NCBI GenBank assembly: GCA_035453545.1
Contig: DAOTDH010000001.1
Location: forward strand, 1 to 28,696
Direction: 5' to 3'
Origin: Minisyncoccota bacterium
GTDB lineage: Bacteria > Patescibacteriota > Minisyncoccia > Phycocordibacterales > XYD1-FULL-46-19
Length of the DNA: 28,696 bases
Part shown: piece by piece, positions 7,925 to 16,674 of the stretch
Layout: each line of letters opens with the position of its first letter
Numbering within the stretch: the first letter of the stretch is position 1
Translations under genes and position numbers: made by a program
The notes under the pieces: model-generated
Told to the model about the DNA's origin: nothing
Database searches by the model: none
Seen by the model: the letters and a program-made list of their open reading frames with translations, nothing else

Positions 7925-9034
7925 ATGAAAGTTTTATCTATTGGTACAGATCGGCTAATTTTTGATAAGAATAGTAATGTTCGCCAACGCTTGATTGAGT
8001 ATGGTGGTTTGTTTGATGAATTGCATGTGATTGTTTTTGCCAAAAAGAAATTGGATTATCAGCAAGAACAAATAGCTAAAAATGTTTTTGTCTACCCAAC
8101 TAGTTCTAGTAATAAATTAGGTTATATTTTCGATGCTCTTAAAATTGGAGAGAGGTTGATTGATAATAACAGTGATTGGATGATAACTTGTCAGGATCCA
8201 TTTGAGACCGGTTTGGTTGGTTGGTGGCTGAAGAAACGCTCTAAAGTAAAATTACAACTTCAAGTGCACACTGACTTGATGAGCCCTTTTTTTGTTCGCG
8301 AATCACTTAAAAATAGAATTAGGGTTGTTATGGCTAAATATCTTTTGCCCCGAGCTGACAAAATTCGAGTCGTCTCAGAGAGAATAAAAAATTCTCTTAA
8401 AGTTCTTAAATTGAAGAGTGAACCCATTGTTTTGCCAATTTTTGTGGAAGTTGAGAAAGAAACGGCAATAAAAATAGACCTTCATGATAAGTACCCGCAA
8501 TTCGATTTTATTATTTTGATGGCTTCTCGTCTGACACGAGAAAAGAATTTCCCTTTAGCTCTAGAAGCCTTTTTGTTAGCCAGAGATAAAAGTGAGAAGA
8601 AGATTGGTTTGGTTATTGTCGGGGCTGGTCCAGAGAAAGGCGGTATTGAGAGAAGGATAAAAGATCTTGGGTTAACAGAGAGCGTTATTTTAGAAACTTG
8701 GACGGAGAATTTAGCTTCTTATTACCAGACGGCTGATTTATTTCTGTTAACTTCTAATTATGAGGGTTATGGCCGGACGCTGGTTGAGGCTGGACTTTTG
8801 GGTTGCCCGATTCTGACAACTAATATTGGCTTAGTGGGCGAAATAGTTAATAATGATAATGCCCTAATTTGTCCCGTTGGGGGTAAGGATTGTTTAATTG
8901 AAAAATTAGTTTGGGCCGTGGTGAATCCCCGAGAACTAGAAATTTTAGGTAAGAAATTAGAAAATGACACCGGGGGAGGTCTTTTGAATAAAACAGATTA
9001 TTTAGATAGTTATCGCCAAGCGATAGTAAATTAA
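7925..9034 (+). CDS. Glycosyltransferase family 4
   Basis: CQDPFETG, QVHTD, SRLTREKN, SNYEGYGRTLVEAGLLGCP. Confidence 0.9.
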   Translation: MKVLSIGTDRLIFDKNSNVRQRLIEYGGLFDELHVIVFAKKKLDYQQEQIAKNVFVYPTSSSNKLGYIFDALKIGERLIDNNSDWMITCQDPFETGLVGWWLKKRSKVKLQLQVHTDLMSPFFVRESLKNRIRVVMAKYLLPRADKIRVVSERIKNSLKVLKLKSEPIVLPIFVEVEKETAIKIDLHDKYPQFDFIILMASRLTREKNFPLALEAFLLARDKSEKKIGLVIVGAGPEKGGIERRIKDLGLTESVILETWTENLASYYQTADLFLLTSNYEGYGRTLVEAGLLGCPILTTNIGLVGEIVNNDNALICPVGGKDCLIEKLVWAVVNPRELEILGKKLENDTGGGLLNKTDYLDSYRQAIVN

Positions 9035-9036
9035 AG

Positions 9037-10059
9037 ATGAAACTTTTGGTTATTACGCAAAAAATCGATTTGAACGATCCTGTTTTAGGTTTTTTCCATC
9101 GTTGGGTGGAAGAATTTGCTAAAAAATGTGAATTTGTCACGGTTATTTGTCTAGAAAAAGGGCAGTATAATTTACCTCAAAATGTTAAAGTTTTATCTCT
9201 CGGCAAGGAAAAAAAACTTGGGCGTCTTGCCTATCTCTGGAATTTTTATAAGTATCTTTGGCAAGAGAGGAATAATTATGATTCAGTTTTTGTTCATATG
9301 AACCAAGAATACGTACTTCTTGGCGGGTTGGTTTGGAAACTTTTAGGTAAAAATATTCTAATGTGGCGTAACCATGCAAAAGGAAACTTTTTGACCAGGT
9401 TGGCTGTTTGTCTCTCTGATAAGGTCTTTTGCACCTCGCCTCAATCTTTTACCGCTCGGTTTAAAAAAACAAAATTAATGCCAGTAGGGATAGATACTGA
9501 TTTTTTTTGTCCAAATCCTTCTGCCCAAAAGATACCCAACTCCATTCTTTTTCTCGGGCGAATTGCTCCTGTTAAGAATGTGGATGCCTTTATTGAAGCT
9601 CTTAATGAATTAAATAAGACGGGTACTAATTTTTTTGTTACTATCGCTGGCGGGGCTTTGCCGGTGGATGCCGAATATGAAAAAAAGGTTAAAGATAAGG
9701 TTGAGAAATATGGCCTAAAAGATAAAGTTAGATTTATTGGCCCAGTAACTCAAGTGGGAGCGCTTGAATTGTATCAAAAACATGAATTATATGTTAATCT
9801 AACACCGGCGGGTAGTCTGGATAAGACTATTTTTGAGGCCATGGCTTGTGATGTTGCCTCATTAGTTTATAATCGTGATCTGGCGAAAATAGTTGGTGGG
9901 GAATTGCTTATTACTGTCTTGATTCCTCTTGAGGTGGCAAGAAGGATTAAGACATTTCTTTTGGGCAAAAGAAAAGAAGTCGATTATAGAAGTTTTGCGG
10001 TTAAGGAACATAGTTTAGAGGCCTTAACTAGGAAATTTAAATTAGAATTATTAAATTAG
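9037..10059 (+). CDS. Glycosyltransferase family 4
   Basis: GRIAPVKN, GSLDKTIFEAMAC, GT-B architecture. Confidence 0.88.
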   Translation: MKLLVITQKIDLNDPVLGFFHRWVEEFAKKCEFVTVICLEKGQYNLPQNVKVLSLGKEKKLGRLAYLWNFYKYLWQERNNYDSVFVHMNQEYVLLGGLVWKLLGKNILMWRNHAKGNFLTRLAVCLSDKVFCTSPQSFTARFKKTKLMPVGIDTDFFCPNPSAQKIPNSILFLGRIAPVKNVDAFIEALNELNKTGTNFFVTIAGGALPVDAEYEKKVKDKVEKYGLKDKVRFIGPVTQVGALELYQKHELYVNLTPAGSLDKTIFEAMACDVASLVYNRDLAKIVGGELLITVLIPLEVARRIKTFLLGKRKEVDYRSFAVKEHSLEALTRKFKLELLN

Positions 10060-10075
10060 CTTTTAAGAAATTAAT

Positions 10076-10825
10076 ATGTTTTTTTTAAAACTGAGAAGTT
10101 TCAAAGTCAGCTATCCTTATCCTTTAGGTTATCCGATTAAGGCTGTTATAAAAAATTTTAACACACGAGCTTTAATTGGTTGGTTGTTCCAGAAGTATGG
10201 TGCTTCCATCAAGCCGGAAGAAATATTGGTTTCAGAAAGAATTGTTGAGCTCCCCCTTCTTCACCAATGGCTTAGCCGAGTTCCTCTTGATTCAAAAAGT
10301 AAAATTCTTGAGGTTGGCCATGTCGCAAGCAGTGTTTTACTTGAGCTTGCCAGTCTTGGTTATAATGTCACGGGCATTGATCTTCGGCCATATCCATTTA
10401 CTCACAAAAACCTTAAAAGTTTGGTTGGTGATTTTCTTCTCCATGATTTTTGTGACGAAAAATTTGATTTTATTTATTCACTGTCTGTTATTGAGCATTT
10501 TGGTTTTACTCAAAGGTATGACGGAGAGAAGAATGTCGATAATCGCCTTGATGAACAGGCTTTTTCTAAGATGTTTAAATTGCTCAAGGCGTCTGGTCGT
10601 GTCGTTATTAGCGTACCATATTCTCGGCAAGTCTCTTCTGGCGACTGGTTTCGTGTTTATACTCGCGATGATCTAGAACGGAAGCTTGGGGAACATTTCC
10701 AGATTTTGGAACAACAATTTTATGCTCGTGGAAAGGGTCAATGGAACAAAGTTCTAGATATCTCTGGGGATCCTGATTCGGCGAGAGACGGGGTGGCTTT
10801 ATTCCTTCTTTCTCCTAAAAGTTAA
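10076..10825 (+). CDS. Class I SAM-dependent methyltransferase (DUF268-like)
   Basis: ERIVE, motif I ILEVGHV, GIDLR, FDFIYSLSVIEHFG...RYDG, G(R)VVISVPY. Confidence 0.8.
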   Translation: MFFLKLRSFKVSYPYPLGYPIKAVIKNFNTRALIGWLFQKYGASIKPEEILVSERIVELPLLHQWLSRVPLDSKSKILEVGHVASSVLLELASLGYNVTGIDLRPYPFTHKNLKSLVGDFLLHDFCDEKFDFIYSLSVIEHFGFTQRYDGEKNVDNRLDEQAFSKMFKLLKASGRVVISVPYSRQVSSGDWFRVYTRDDLERKLGEHFQILEQQFYARGKGQWNKVLDISGDPDSARDGVALFLLSPKS

Positions 10826-11961
10826 TGAATAAAAGAATTACAACTTTTTTAATTTGTATAGTTGCTATTGGTAAAGCCCTTCTCTGTGGGCGAGCCAATT
10901 CTGCGCTGAAACTCCCCCCCAAAAATATTGTAGCGATGGTTTTAACTAGCAATATTGGGGATATGATTTTTGCCACTTCAGTTTTTAGGGCGATAAAGGA
11001 GAAATATCCCGATTCCCATCTTACTGTTGTTGGTAGTCAGAAAAACAAAGTAACTCTTTATGGCAACAATGACATCGATGAGTACCTCGTCGATCCAAAA
11101 AATTCTTGGCAATTGATCTGGTGTTTGAGAAAAATAAAAGCCGATTATGGTTTTAGTTTGGCAAATAGTTCGGCGGACATTGCTGTTATGTTTTTGTCGG
11201 GGGTCAAGTCAATTGCTTGTTTCGATGTCAAAAATGCTCCTGCCGCGCATACTAAACTTTACAGAGTTTTGAAGACCCTATGTCTACAAGTTCCTTATTA
11301 TATTGGCAACTATTGTTCTTTGGAATATCTTAAAATTTTGGAACCATTGGGTATTTTCTCCAAGAACACTAAGAAATACTTATTCTATGATCAGGTGATT
11401 GCTAGTAATCTAAGAGATAAGTTAAAGAATTACGATTTGGATATTTCTCGAGAAAAGATAGTTGCGATATCTCCTGGGGCGGGAACTAAAATAAAATTAT
11501 GGCCAGCTGAAAGGTTCGCCAAGGTTGCCAACTTTTTAACTCAACAGGGGTATAGGATTGCCGTTATTGGTGGTCCTAGCGACAGGGATGAAGTTAGACT
11601 TTTCAAGTCTAAGTTAATTAATGCTTCTCAGATTGTTGATGCCTCAGAGTTCTCTTTAGGGGAATTATTTTATTTTATTTCTTGTTGCCGCTTATTGGTT
11701 GCTAATGACAGTGGGCCGGTTTATATTGCCGAAGCTTTTAATGTTCCCACCTTGGTGATTGTTGGCCCAACTGACGAAAATGAGCACCCCCCTCATGGCC
11801 CGCTTAATTTTGTCGTGACTCCTAGTCGAGAGAAAGAATCACCAGAAATGCGCGGGCATATTGTTGGTTATAACGAGCAAATTGCTCGAGAGCAAATTGA
11901 ACGGGTTACAGTAGAGGAAGTCCTTTCCGTTCTAAAAATTTTACTTAATAATCTAAGTTGA
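10825..11961 (+). CDS. Glycosyltransferase family 9 (heptosyltransferase-like), paralog 1
   Basis: SNIGDMIF, ISPGAGTKIKLWPAERF, LGELFYFI, NDSGPVYIAEA. Confidence 0.88.
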   Translation: MNKRITTFLICIVAIGKALLCGRANSALKLPPKNIVAMVLTSNIGDMIFATSVFRAIKEKYPDSHLTVVGSQKNKVTLYGNNDIDEYLVDPKNSWQLIWCLRKIKADYGFSLANSSADIAVMFLSGVKSIACFDVKNAPAAHTKLYRVLKTLCLQVPYYIGNYCSLEYLKILEPLGIFSKNTKKYLFYDQVIASNLRDKLKNYDLDISREKIVAISPGAGTKIKLWPAERFAKVANFLTQQGYRIAVIGGPSDRDEVRLFKSKLINASQIVDASEFSLGELFYFISCCRLLVANDSGPVYIAEAFNVPTLVIVGPTDENEHPPHGPLNFVVTPSREKESPEMRGHIVGYNEQIAREQIERVTVEEVLSVLKILLNNLS

Positions 11962-11986
11962 TTTAAAGTTTCTAGGGTGATAAGAT
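11958..11986 (+). promoter_or_regulatory. Candidate sigma70 promoter upstream of the GMD-like gene
   Basis: TTGATT (11958-11963), 17 bp spacer, TGa-TAAGAT (11978-11986), ahead of a 55 bp intergenic gap. Confidence 0.55.
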
Positions 11987-12016
11987 ACTTTCAAATAAGT
12001 AAATAAGAAAATTTTT

Positions 12017-13066
12017 ATGAAAAGAGCTTTTATTACAGGGGTTACTGGACAGGACGGATCATATCTTGCCGAGTTTTTAAGTGACAAAGGCTATGAAGTC
12101 TACGGTTTTCTCCGTCGCGTGAGCACTGATCCTTTTATGAGGATCGAGGATTTATATGAAGCTGGCAAAATTAAGCTTATTTATGGTAACTTGCGTGACT
12201 TGCCAACTTTAATCAATGCTTTGGAGGTTGCTCAACCGGACGAAATATATAATCTGGCGGCGCAATCTCATATTGGTGTTTCGTTTGCTTGCCCAGACGA
12301 AACAGTTGATATTAATTTTAGGGGTTTAGAAAGATTAGCTACAGAAGCTTTTAAAAGAAATCCTAAGGTAAAAATTTTTCAACCTTCAACTAGTGTTATG
12401 TATGGCAATGCAGATTTTCCTCAAAGTGAACAGACGGTTTTCGCTCCGGTTCAATTTAGCCCCTATGGAGAGGCAAAACTTAAGGCTCATAACGAAGTAG
12501 TTGTCCCTTTTAGAGAGAAAGGTTTTTTTATTTGTTCTGGGATTCTTTTTAATCATGAATCACCTCGACGGGGGAAGCATTTTGTAACCAAAAAGGTTAG
12601 CCATTCTTTAACAAAACTTAAGTTTGGTAAACAGGACGTTATGACGATGGGTAATCTTGATGTAAAGCGTGACTGGGGCTTTGCTGGTGATTATGTCGAA
12701 GCGATGTGGCTAATGCTCCAACAGGAAACTCCTGAGGACTATGTTATTGCTACAGGGAAGAGCTATTCGGTCAGGGAGTTTATTGAAGAAGTTGCCAAAT
12801 ATCTTGGTTTGACTCTAAAGTGGGAAGGACAAGGTCTAGATGAGGTAGGGAAAGATGAAAATGGTAAAGTAATTATTAAAATTGATGAAAAGTTTTATCG
12901 CCCTAACGAAATAGACAATCTTTTGGGTGACAATACTAAAGCTCGAACAAAGTTAGGGTGGCTACCAAAAACAGACTTCAAGGCTCTGGTCAAAATGATG
13001 GTGGATTCGGATATAAAACAAGTTGTGGGGGTTAACGAGAATAATTATGATCAGAATGTTGGCTAA
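12017..13066 (+). CDS. gmd: GDP-mannose 4,6-dehydratase-like SDR with a non-canonical active site
   Basis: ITGVTGQDGSYLAE, EIYNLAAQSH, SPYGEAK, GILFNHESPRRG, GNLD.KRDWG.A.DYVEAMWLMLQQ..PEDYVIATG. The catalytic STSE motif reads STSV. Confidence 0.85.
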   Translation: MKRAFITGVTGQDGSYLAEFLSDKGYEVYGFLRRVSTDPFMRIEDLYEAGKIKLIYGNLRDLPTLINALEVAQPDEIYNLAAQSHIGVSFACPDETVDINFRGLERLATEAFKRNPKVKIFQPSTSVMYGNADFPQSEQTVFAPVQFSPYGEAKLKAHNEVVVPFREKGFFICSGILFNHESPRRGKHFVTKKVSHSLTKLKFGKQDVMTMGNLDVKRDWGFAGDYVEAMWLMLQQETPEDYVIATGKSYSVREFIEEVAKYLGLTLKWEGQGLDEVGKDENGKVIIKIDEKFYRPNEIDNLLGDNTKARTKLGWLPKTDFKALVKMMVDSDIKQVVGVNENNYDQNVG

Positions 13067-13478
13067 AGATAAAGATATCCTCATTATGGCCCCGGTTGCC
13101 TTAGGAGAACTTATTGATAAAATAACTGTTTTGAAAATTAAAGAGGAACGTATTTCTTTTCCTGAACGTTTAGTGAATGTTAGGAGGGAATTGGGTTTAT
13201 TAACGACCGCAAAGAATGAGTATTTCTTGAAAAACGGTTATCCTGTGGAAAAGATATCCGACCTTGAGCTTCAATTAAAAAAGTTCAACGAAGAAATTTG
13301 GGACATGGGAGAGAAAATACGTGAGCTAGGTGAAAAACAAAATTTTGGTAAGGAATTTGTGGAGGTGGCTTACGGCATTCATCTAGTTAATGACCAGCGA
13401 GCAGCTGTCAAGAAAGATATCAACCTTATTTTCGGTTCTTCTATTGTTGAAGAAAAGTCTTATCAACACTGGCGCTAA
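13056..13478 (+). CDS. DUF6165-like small helical protein
   Basis: LGELIDKITVLKIK, N.EIWD..E.IR, ND.RA.VK..IN, IVEEKSY. The start is uncertain (ATG at 13047, 13056 or 13087); the ORF-track GTG at 13023 is probably too early. Confidence 0.7.
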   Translation: MLAKDKDILIMAPVALGELIDKITVLKIKEERISFPERLVNVRRELGLLTTAKNEYFLKNGYPVEKISDLELQLKKFNEEIWDMGEKIRELGEKQNFGKEFVEVAYGIHLVNDQRAAVKKDINLIFGSSIVEEKSYQHWR

Positions 13479-14773
13479 CTATTTTTAGTGATAACTTCGA
13501 ATTTTGGACAGGGGACAATCAATTTTCCTCCCTTTTCAATGAAGTTAATTTCTCTTTTTTTAAATTCAGCAATAAAGTGCCAAGGAAGCACTAAAAGATA
13601 ATCGGGTTTAGCTTTGCGCATTTCCTCTTCCGAATAAATTGGAATGTCGGTTCCCGCTGTTTTTAAACCGAATTTGGCTGGGGAACGTTCGGCGATGCCG
13701 TCAATTAGGGAATTATCCAGACCAAACCATTGAAGCAAAGTGTTGCCTTTGGTTGAGGCTCCGTAACCCCAGATTGTTTTACCTTTATTTTTCTCTTTTT
13801 TGATAAAGTCAACAGTTTCTTTTTTTAATTTATTTATTTTTTTCCAGAAGTCAGAGTAAATTTTTTTTCTATTAAGCCCCAAAGTTTTTTCGTAAGCTAA
13901 GATTGAGTTTACTCTCATCTTGGCCACGTCTCGGTAAGGGGCGGTGGCGAAGGTTGCAGGATCGGCAGTATTATGTCTGACATAAACCCGAAAGCTCCCC
14001 CCGTTGATATCATTTAGTTCGCAGTCAACTATTTGGAGCTGGTGTTTATCGAGTAAGTATTTTAGAGTGCTTAGACTGTAATATTCGAGGTGCTCATGAC
14101 AAATATTATCAAAGGCTAATTGTGTTAGCATTAGAGGCAAATAACTCATCTGGACAATCCAGAGACCATTTTTGTCTAAAGTATTTTTTATGTCTTTAAC
14201 AAAATTGTTTGGGTCTTCAAGGTCATAAAACATGGCGATACTAGTGATGATCCTCGCTTTTTTCTTGCCATATTTTGTTTTTTTGTATTCTTTAGTCGTG
14301 AAATAATTAGTGACGATTAAATCAGCCTGTTTGCTTGATTCAGCTTTGAAGTCATTTGGGTCAAAACCGATTCTGGTCATTTTTTTGTCCACGAAGGAGA
14401 AAAGGGTGCCGTCGTTACACCCAATATCAAGAAAGATATCACCAGGTTTAATCAGGGAGAGATTTTGCGCTTTCTGGGCAATATTCATTAACTCGTTTGT
14501 CATGGTGGCGTTAGTCCCCGACTTATACCAATATTTTCGATACATAATATCTCCCGGTACTGTGTGAGCTAATTGTACTAAACCAGATTTGGGTGCTAAG
14601 CGTAGCTCAAGCTCTACGGGGACATATTTAGGGGTTTCGTCCTGTTTAATAAAATCGGATAAGTAGAGTTGGCCGAGAGAAAAAAGGGGAACAGTCTTTT
14701 CTCCGGATATTCTGCAAGTTTCTCTTCTCTTTATTTCCCCATTTTTTTTCTTAGTTTTTTGTTTTTTAAGCAT
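13475..14773 (-). CDS. NDP-sugar C-methyltransferase-type protein (TcaB9/KijD1/TylC3-like architecture); the only minus-strand gene
   Basis: CRISG...LVQL N-domain, YWYKSG, motif I LDIGCNDGTL, AMFYDL, catalytic CHEHLEYYS, NGGSFRVY, C-domain GYGASTKGNTLLQ and LVLPWHF. Confidence 0.88.
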   Translation of the reverse strand: MLKKQKTKKKNGEIKRRETCRISGEKTVPLFSLGQLYLSDFIKQDETPKYVPVELELRLAPKSGLVQLAHTVPGDIMYRKYWYKSGTNATMTNELMNIAQKAQNLSLIKPGDIFLDIGCNDGTLFSFVDKKMTRIGFDPNDFKAESSKQADLIVTNYFTTKEYKKTKYGKKKARIITSIAMFYDLEDPNNFVKDIKNTLDKNGLWIVQMSYLPLMLTQLAFDNICHEHLEYYSLSTLKYLLDKHQLQIVDCELNDINGGSFRVYVRHNTADPATFATAPYRDVAKMRVNSILAYEKTLGLNRKKIYSDFWKKINKLKKETVDFIKKEKNKGKTIWGYGASTKGNTLLQWFGLDNSLIDGIAERSPAKFGLKTAGTDIPIYSEEEMRKAKPDYLLVLPWHFIAEFKKREINFIEKGGKLIVPCPKFEVITKNS

Positions 14774-14779
14774 AAGAAA

Positions 14780-14826
14780 ATATTACATGTTTTTCCTTGC
14801 AATTGCAACATATTGTGGTTTATACT
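14780..14826. promoter_or_regulatory. Candidate bidirectional promoter centred on the palindrome TTGCAATTGCAA
   Basis: Plus strand: TTGCAA 14797-14802, 18 bp, TATACT 14821-14826, 7 nt to ATG 14834. Minus strand: TTGCAA 14808-14803, 17 bp, TAATAT 14785-14780, 6 nt to ATG 14773. Confidence 0.65.
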
Positions 14827-14833
14827 TGGAAAG

Positions 14834-15772
14834 ATGAACGGTGATAATCACTATATTAAGATCGTTGAGGGGATCCCTTTTTTTTCTGAAGATCGTTATT
14901 GGGGCAAAAATTCTAAGGTCGAACTAGAGAAAGCCTTGTCTCTTATCAAGGAACGTGGTTGGGATGAATTTAAAGTTAAGTATCAGCATCGGTTTGACTT
15001 CACTTTTGAAGAAAACAGGGCCGACTGGCGTTTCATGATACCCCTTTCTAGGGATTCTCGGGTTTTAGACGCGGGAGCGGGGATGGGGAGAATTAGCGTT
15101 CCTTTGGCGAGGGTTGTGGGCAAGGTTGTGGCGCTTGACCCTTCTTTCCTTCGGATGAAGTTTCTTAAGTTACGAGCCGAAAAAGAGGGTTTAAAAAATA
15201 TTGAAGTTTACGTTGGAGACATTTTTGATAAACCTTTTTCCAGAGAAAGCTTCGACCTCATTGTTATGAATGGATTACTTGAATGGGTCGGAGTTACTGA
15301 TCGTTTTTCTAATCCTCGTGAGGCTCAAATTGCTAGTTTAAAAATTTGTCGAGATTTGTTAAAGAAAGATGGTTACTTGTACGTTGGGATAGAGAACCGT
15401 TTCGCTTTATCATACTTGCGTGGGCGAGACCATAGCGGTTTGTATTACACAAGCTATTTACCACGCTGGCTAGCTAATTTTTACACTAAGTTTAGAAAGG
15501 GGGAGAATTATCAAACTTATACTTACACCAAAGTTGGTTATGAAAAGCTCTTTCGCGAAGTGGGGTTTGATAATGTTAGTTTTTATCTCCCTTATCCGGG
15601 GTATAATCTTCCAAGAGTAATGATTCCTTATAACAACCTAAAAGCTTTAGCTTATCTGATTGGAACAACAAGGGTTAAGAGTAAGATAGTCAGATATTTG
15701 GTTTGTTTTCCCTTGGTTCTTCGTCTCTATCGTTATTTTTTCTTTAGTTTTGGTATTGTCATAAAAAAATGA
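14834..15772 (+). CDS. Class I SAM-dependent methyltransferase
   Basis: VLDAGAGMGRIS, VVALD, FDLIVMNGLLEWV, GIENRF, D-H. The start is moved from the ORF-track 14669 to the in-frame ATG at 14834 because the upstream part overlaps the minus-strand gene and its promoter. Confidence 0.88.
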   Translation: MNGDNHYIKIVEGIPFFSEDRYWGKNSKVELEKALSLIKERGWDEFKVKYQHRFDFTFEENRADWRFMIPLSRDSRVLDAGAGMGRISVPLARVVGKVVALDPSFLRMKFLKLRAEKEGLKNIEVYVGDIFDKPFSRESFDLIVMNGLLEWVGVTDRFSNPREAQIASLKICRDLLKKDGYLYVGIENRFALSYLRGRDHSGLYYTSYLPRWLANFYTKFRKGENYQTYTYTKVGYEKLFREVGFDNVSFYLPYPGYNLPRVMIPYNNLKALAYLIGTTRVKSKIVRYLVCFPLVLRLYRYFFFSFGIVIKK

Positions 15773-16674
15773 TATCTCTCATTACTCAAATTGTAGAAAA
15801 ACACCCTGAATGGCTTCGTGGTTCGGGGGCTCCGCTTTCATTTTTAAAGTTGAGCACAGCTTCTTTAGGGCGATATTCTGAAGAAGGAAAGGTTCTCATT
15901 TTTGTCTTTGAAGATAGGCAAGCCTCACCGACTCTCTGTATTAAGACAGTAAGAAGATATTCAGCCGGTGATTTGATTAAACGTAATTACCATAATCTTC
16001 AGGTCCTTGAAAAGGAAACAAGGGGAAGTAGTTTTATCGATATGTTTGCTAGGCCACTTGACTTTTATGATGACGGAGAAACAATTTTTGTTATTGAGAC
16101 AATTTGTCCCGGGTCAATGTTTTCAGCCCAGATACAAAAGATGAGTATTGTCATTGAAAAATATACTGCCTGGCAGACTTATCTTGCTCGCCTTAGCAAT
16201 GAAGCTTGGACCATCTTTGATATTCAAGAACTTGTTTTTGATTTGATTGAATCCCTTACTTTAGCCGAGGAATCTCCCCTTGTTTTACACGATTATTATA
16301 ATCGGCTAAATCTTGATTTTAATATCAGATTGCCGAGAATTGTTCAGCATGGAGATATGACCCCTGATAATGTTTTGATATCGGATAAAAATGTTTACCT
16401 AATTGACTATGATTATGTGGATTTTACGAGACTTCCAGGTTTTGATTTGTTTAATTTTTTGATGAAATCAAAATCTCAAAAAAATTTCTTCCCTGACAAT
16501 TATGAGCGATACTTTTTGGAATATTTTAAAATGATTGGAGCAGAAGTTGAAGCGGTCGAGGGCCTCTTGTTCGTCTATTATCTATTGGAAATTAAGCGAA
16601 AGAATAATCGAGGAGGGCAAAAAAATAGTCAGGAAATAATAAAGGATTTCTCTGCTCTTATAAACAAAACATGA
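15769..16674 (+). CDS. APH/choline-kinase-fold phosphotransferase
   Basis: LCIKTVR (beta3 Lys), catalytic loop QHGDMTPDNVLI, metal-binding LIDYD, and GFDL. ATGA-coupled to the methyltransferase. Confidence 0.85.
   Translation: MISLITQIVEKHPEWLRGSGAPLSFLKLSTASLGRYSEEGKVLIFVFEDRQASPTLCIKTVRRYSAGDLIKRNYHNLQVLEKETRGSSFIDMFARPLDFYDDGETIFVIETICPGSMFSAQIQKMSIVIEKYTAWQTYLARLSNEAWTIFDIQELVFDLIESLTLAEESPLVLHDYYNRLNLDFNIRLPRIVQHGDMTPDNVLISDKNVYLIDYDYVDFTRLPGFDLFNFLMKSKSQKNFFPDNYERYFLEYFKMIGAEVEAVEGLLFVYYLLEIKRKNNRGGQKNSQEIIKDFSALINKT

Noticed and set aside
10176-10676. 166 aa alternative-frame ORF as an overlapping gene, and similar ORFs at 1946, 2342, 2965, 4142, 4496, 5348, 6511, 18744, 20271, 20688, 26465 and 28182
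   Set aside because: All lie in the +1 frame of a real gene. Preference for T-ending Leu/Ile/Val codons removes +1 stops, which explains them as a set, and none shows a recognisable motif.
13475-14773. Phase-variable invertible segment around the minus-strand gene
   Set aside because: I found no flanking inverted repeats and no recombinase. Codon endings and the fitted divergent promoter suggest a stable orientation.
14669-14833. ORF-track N-terminal extension of the methyltransferase
   Set aside because: It overlaps the start and promoter of the minus-strand gene and translates as antisense-like Phe/Ser-rich sequence. The ATG at 14834 fits the promoter.
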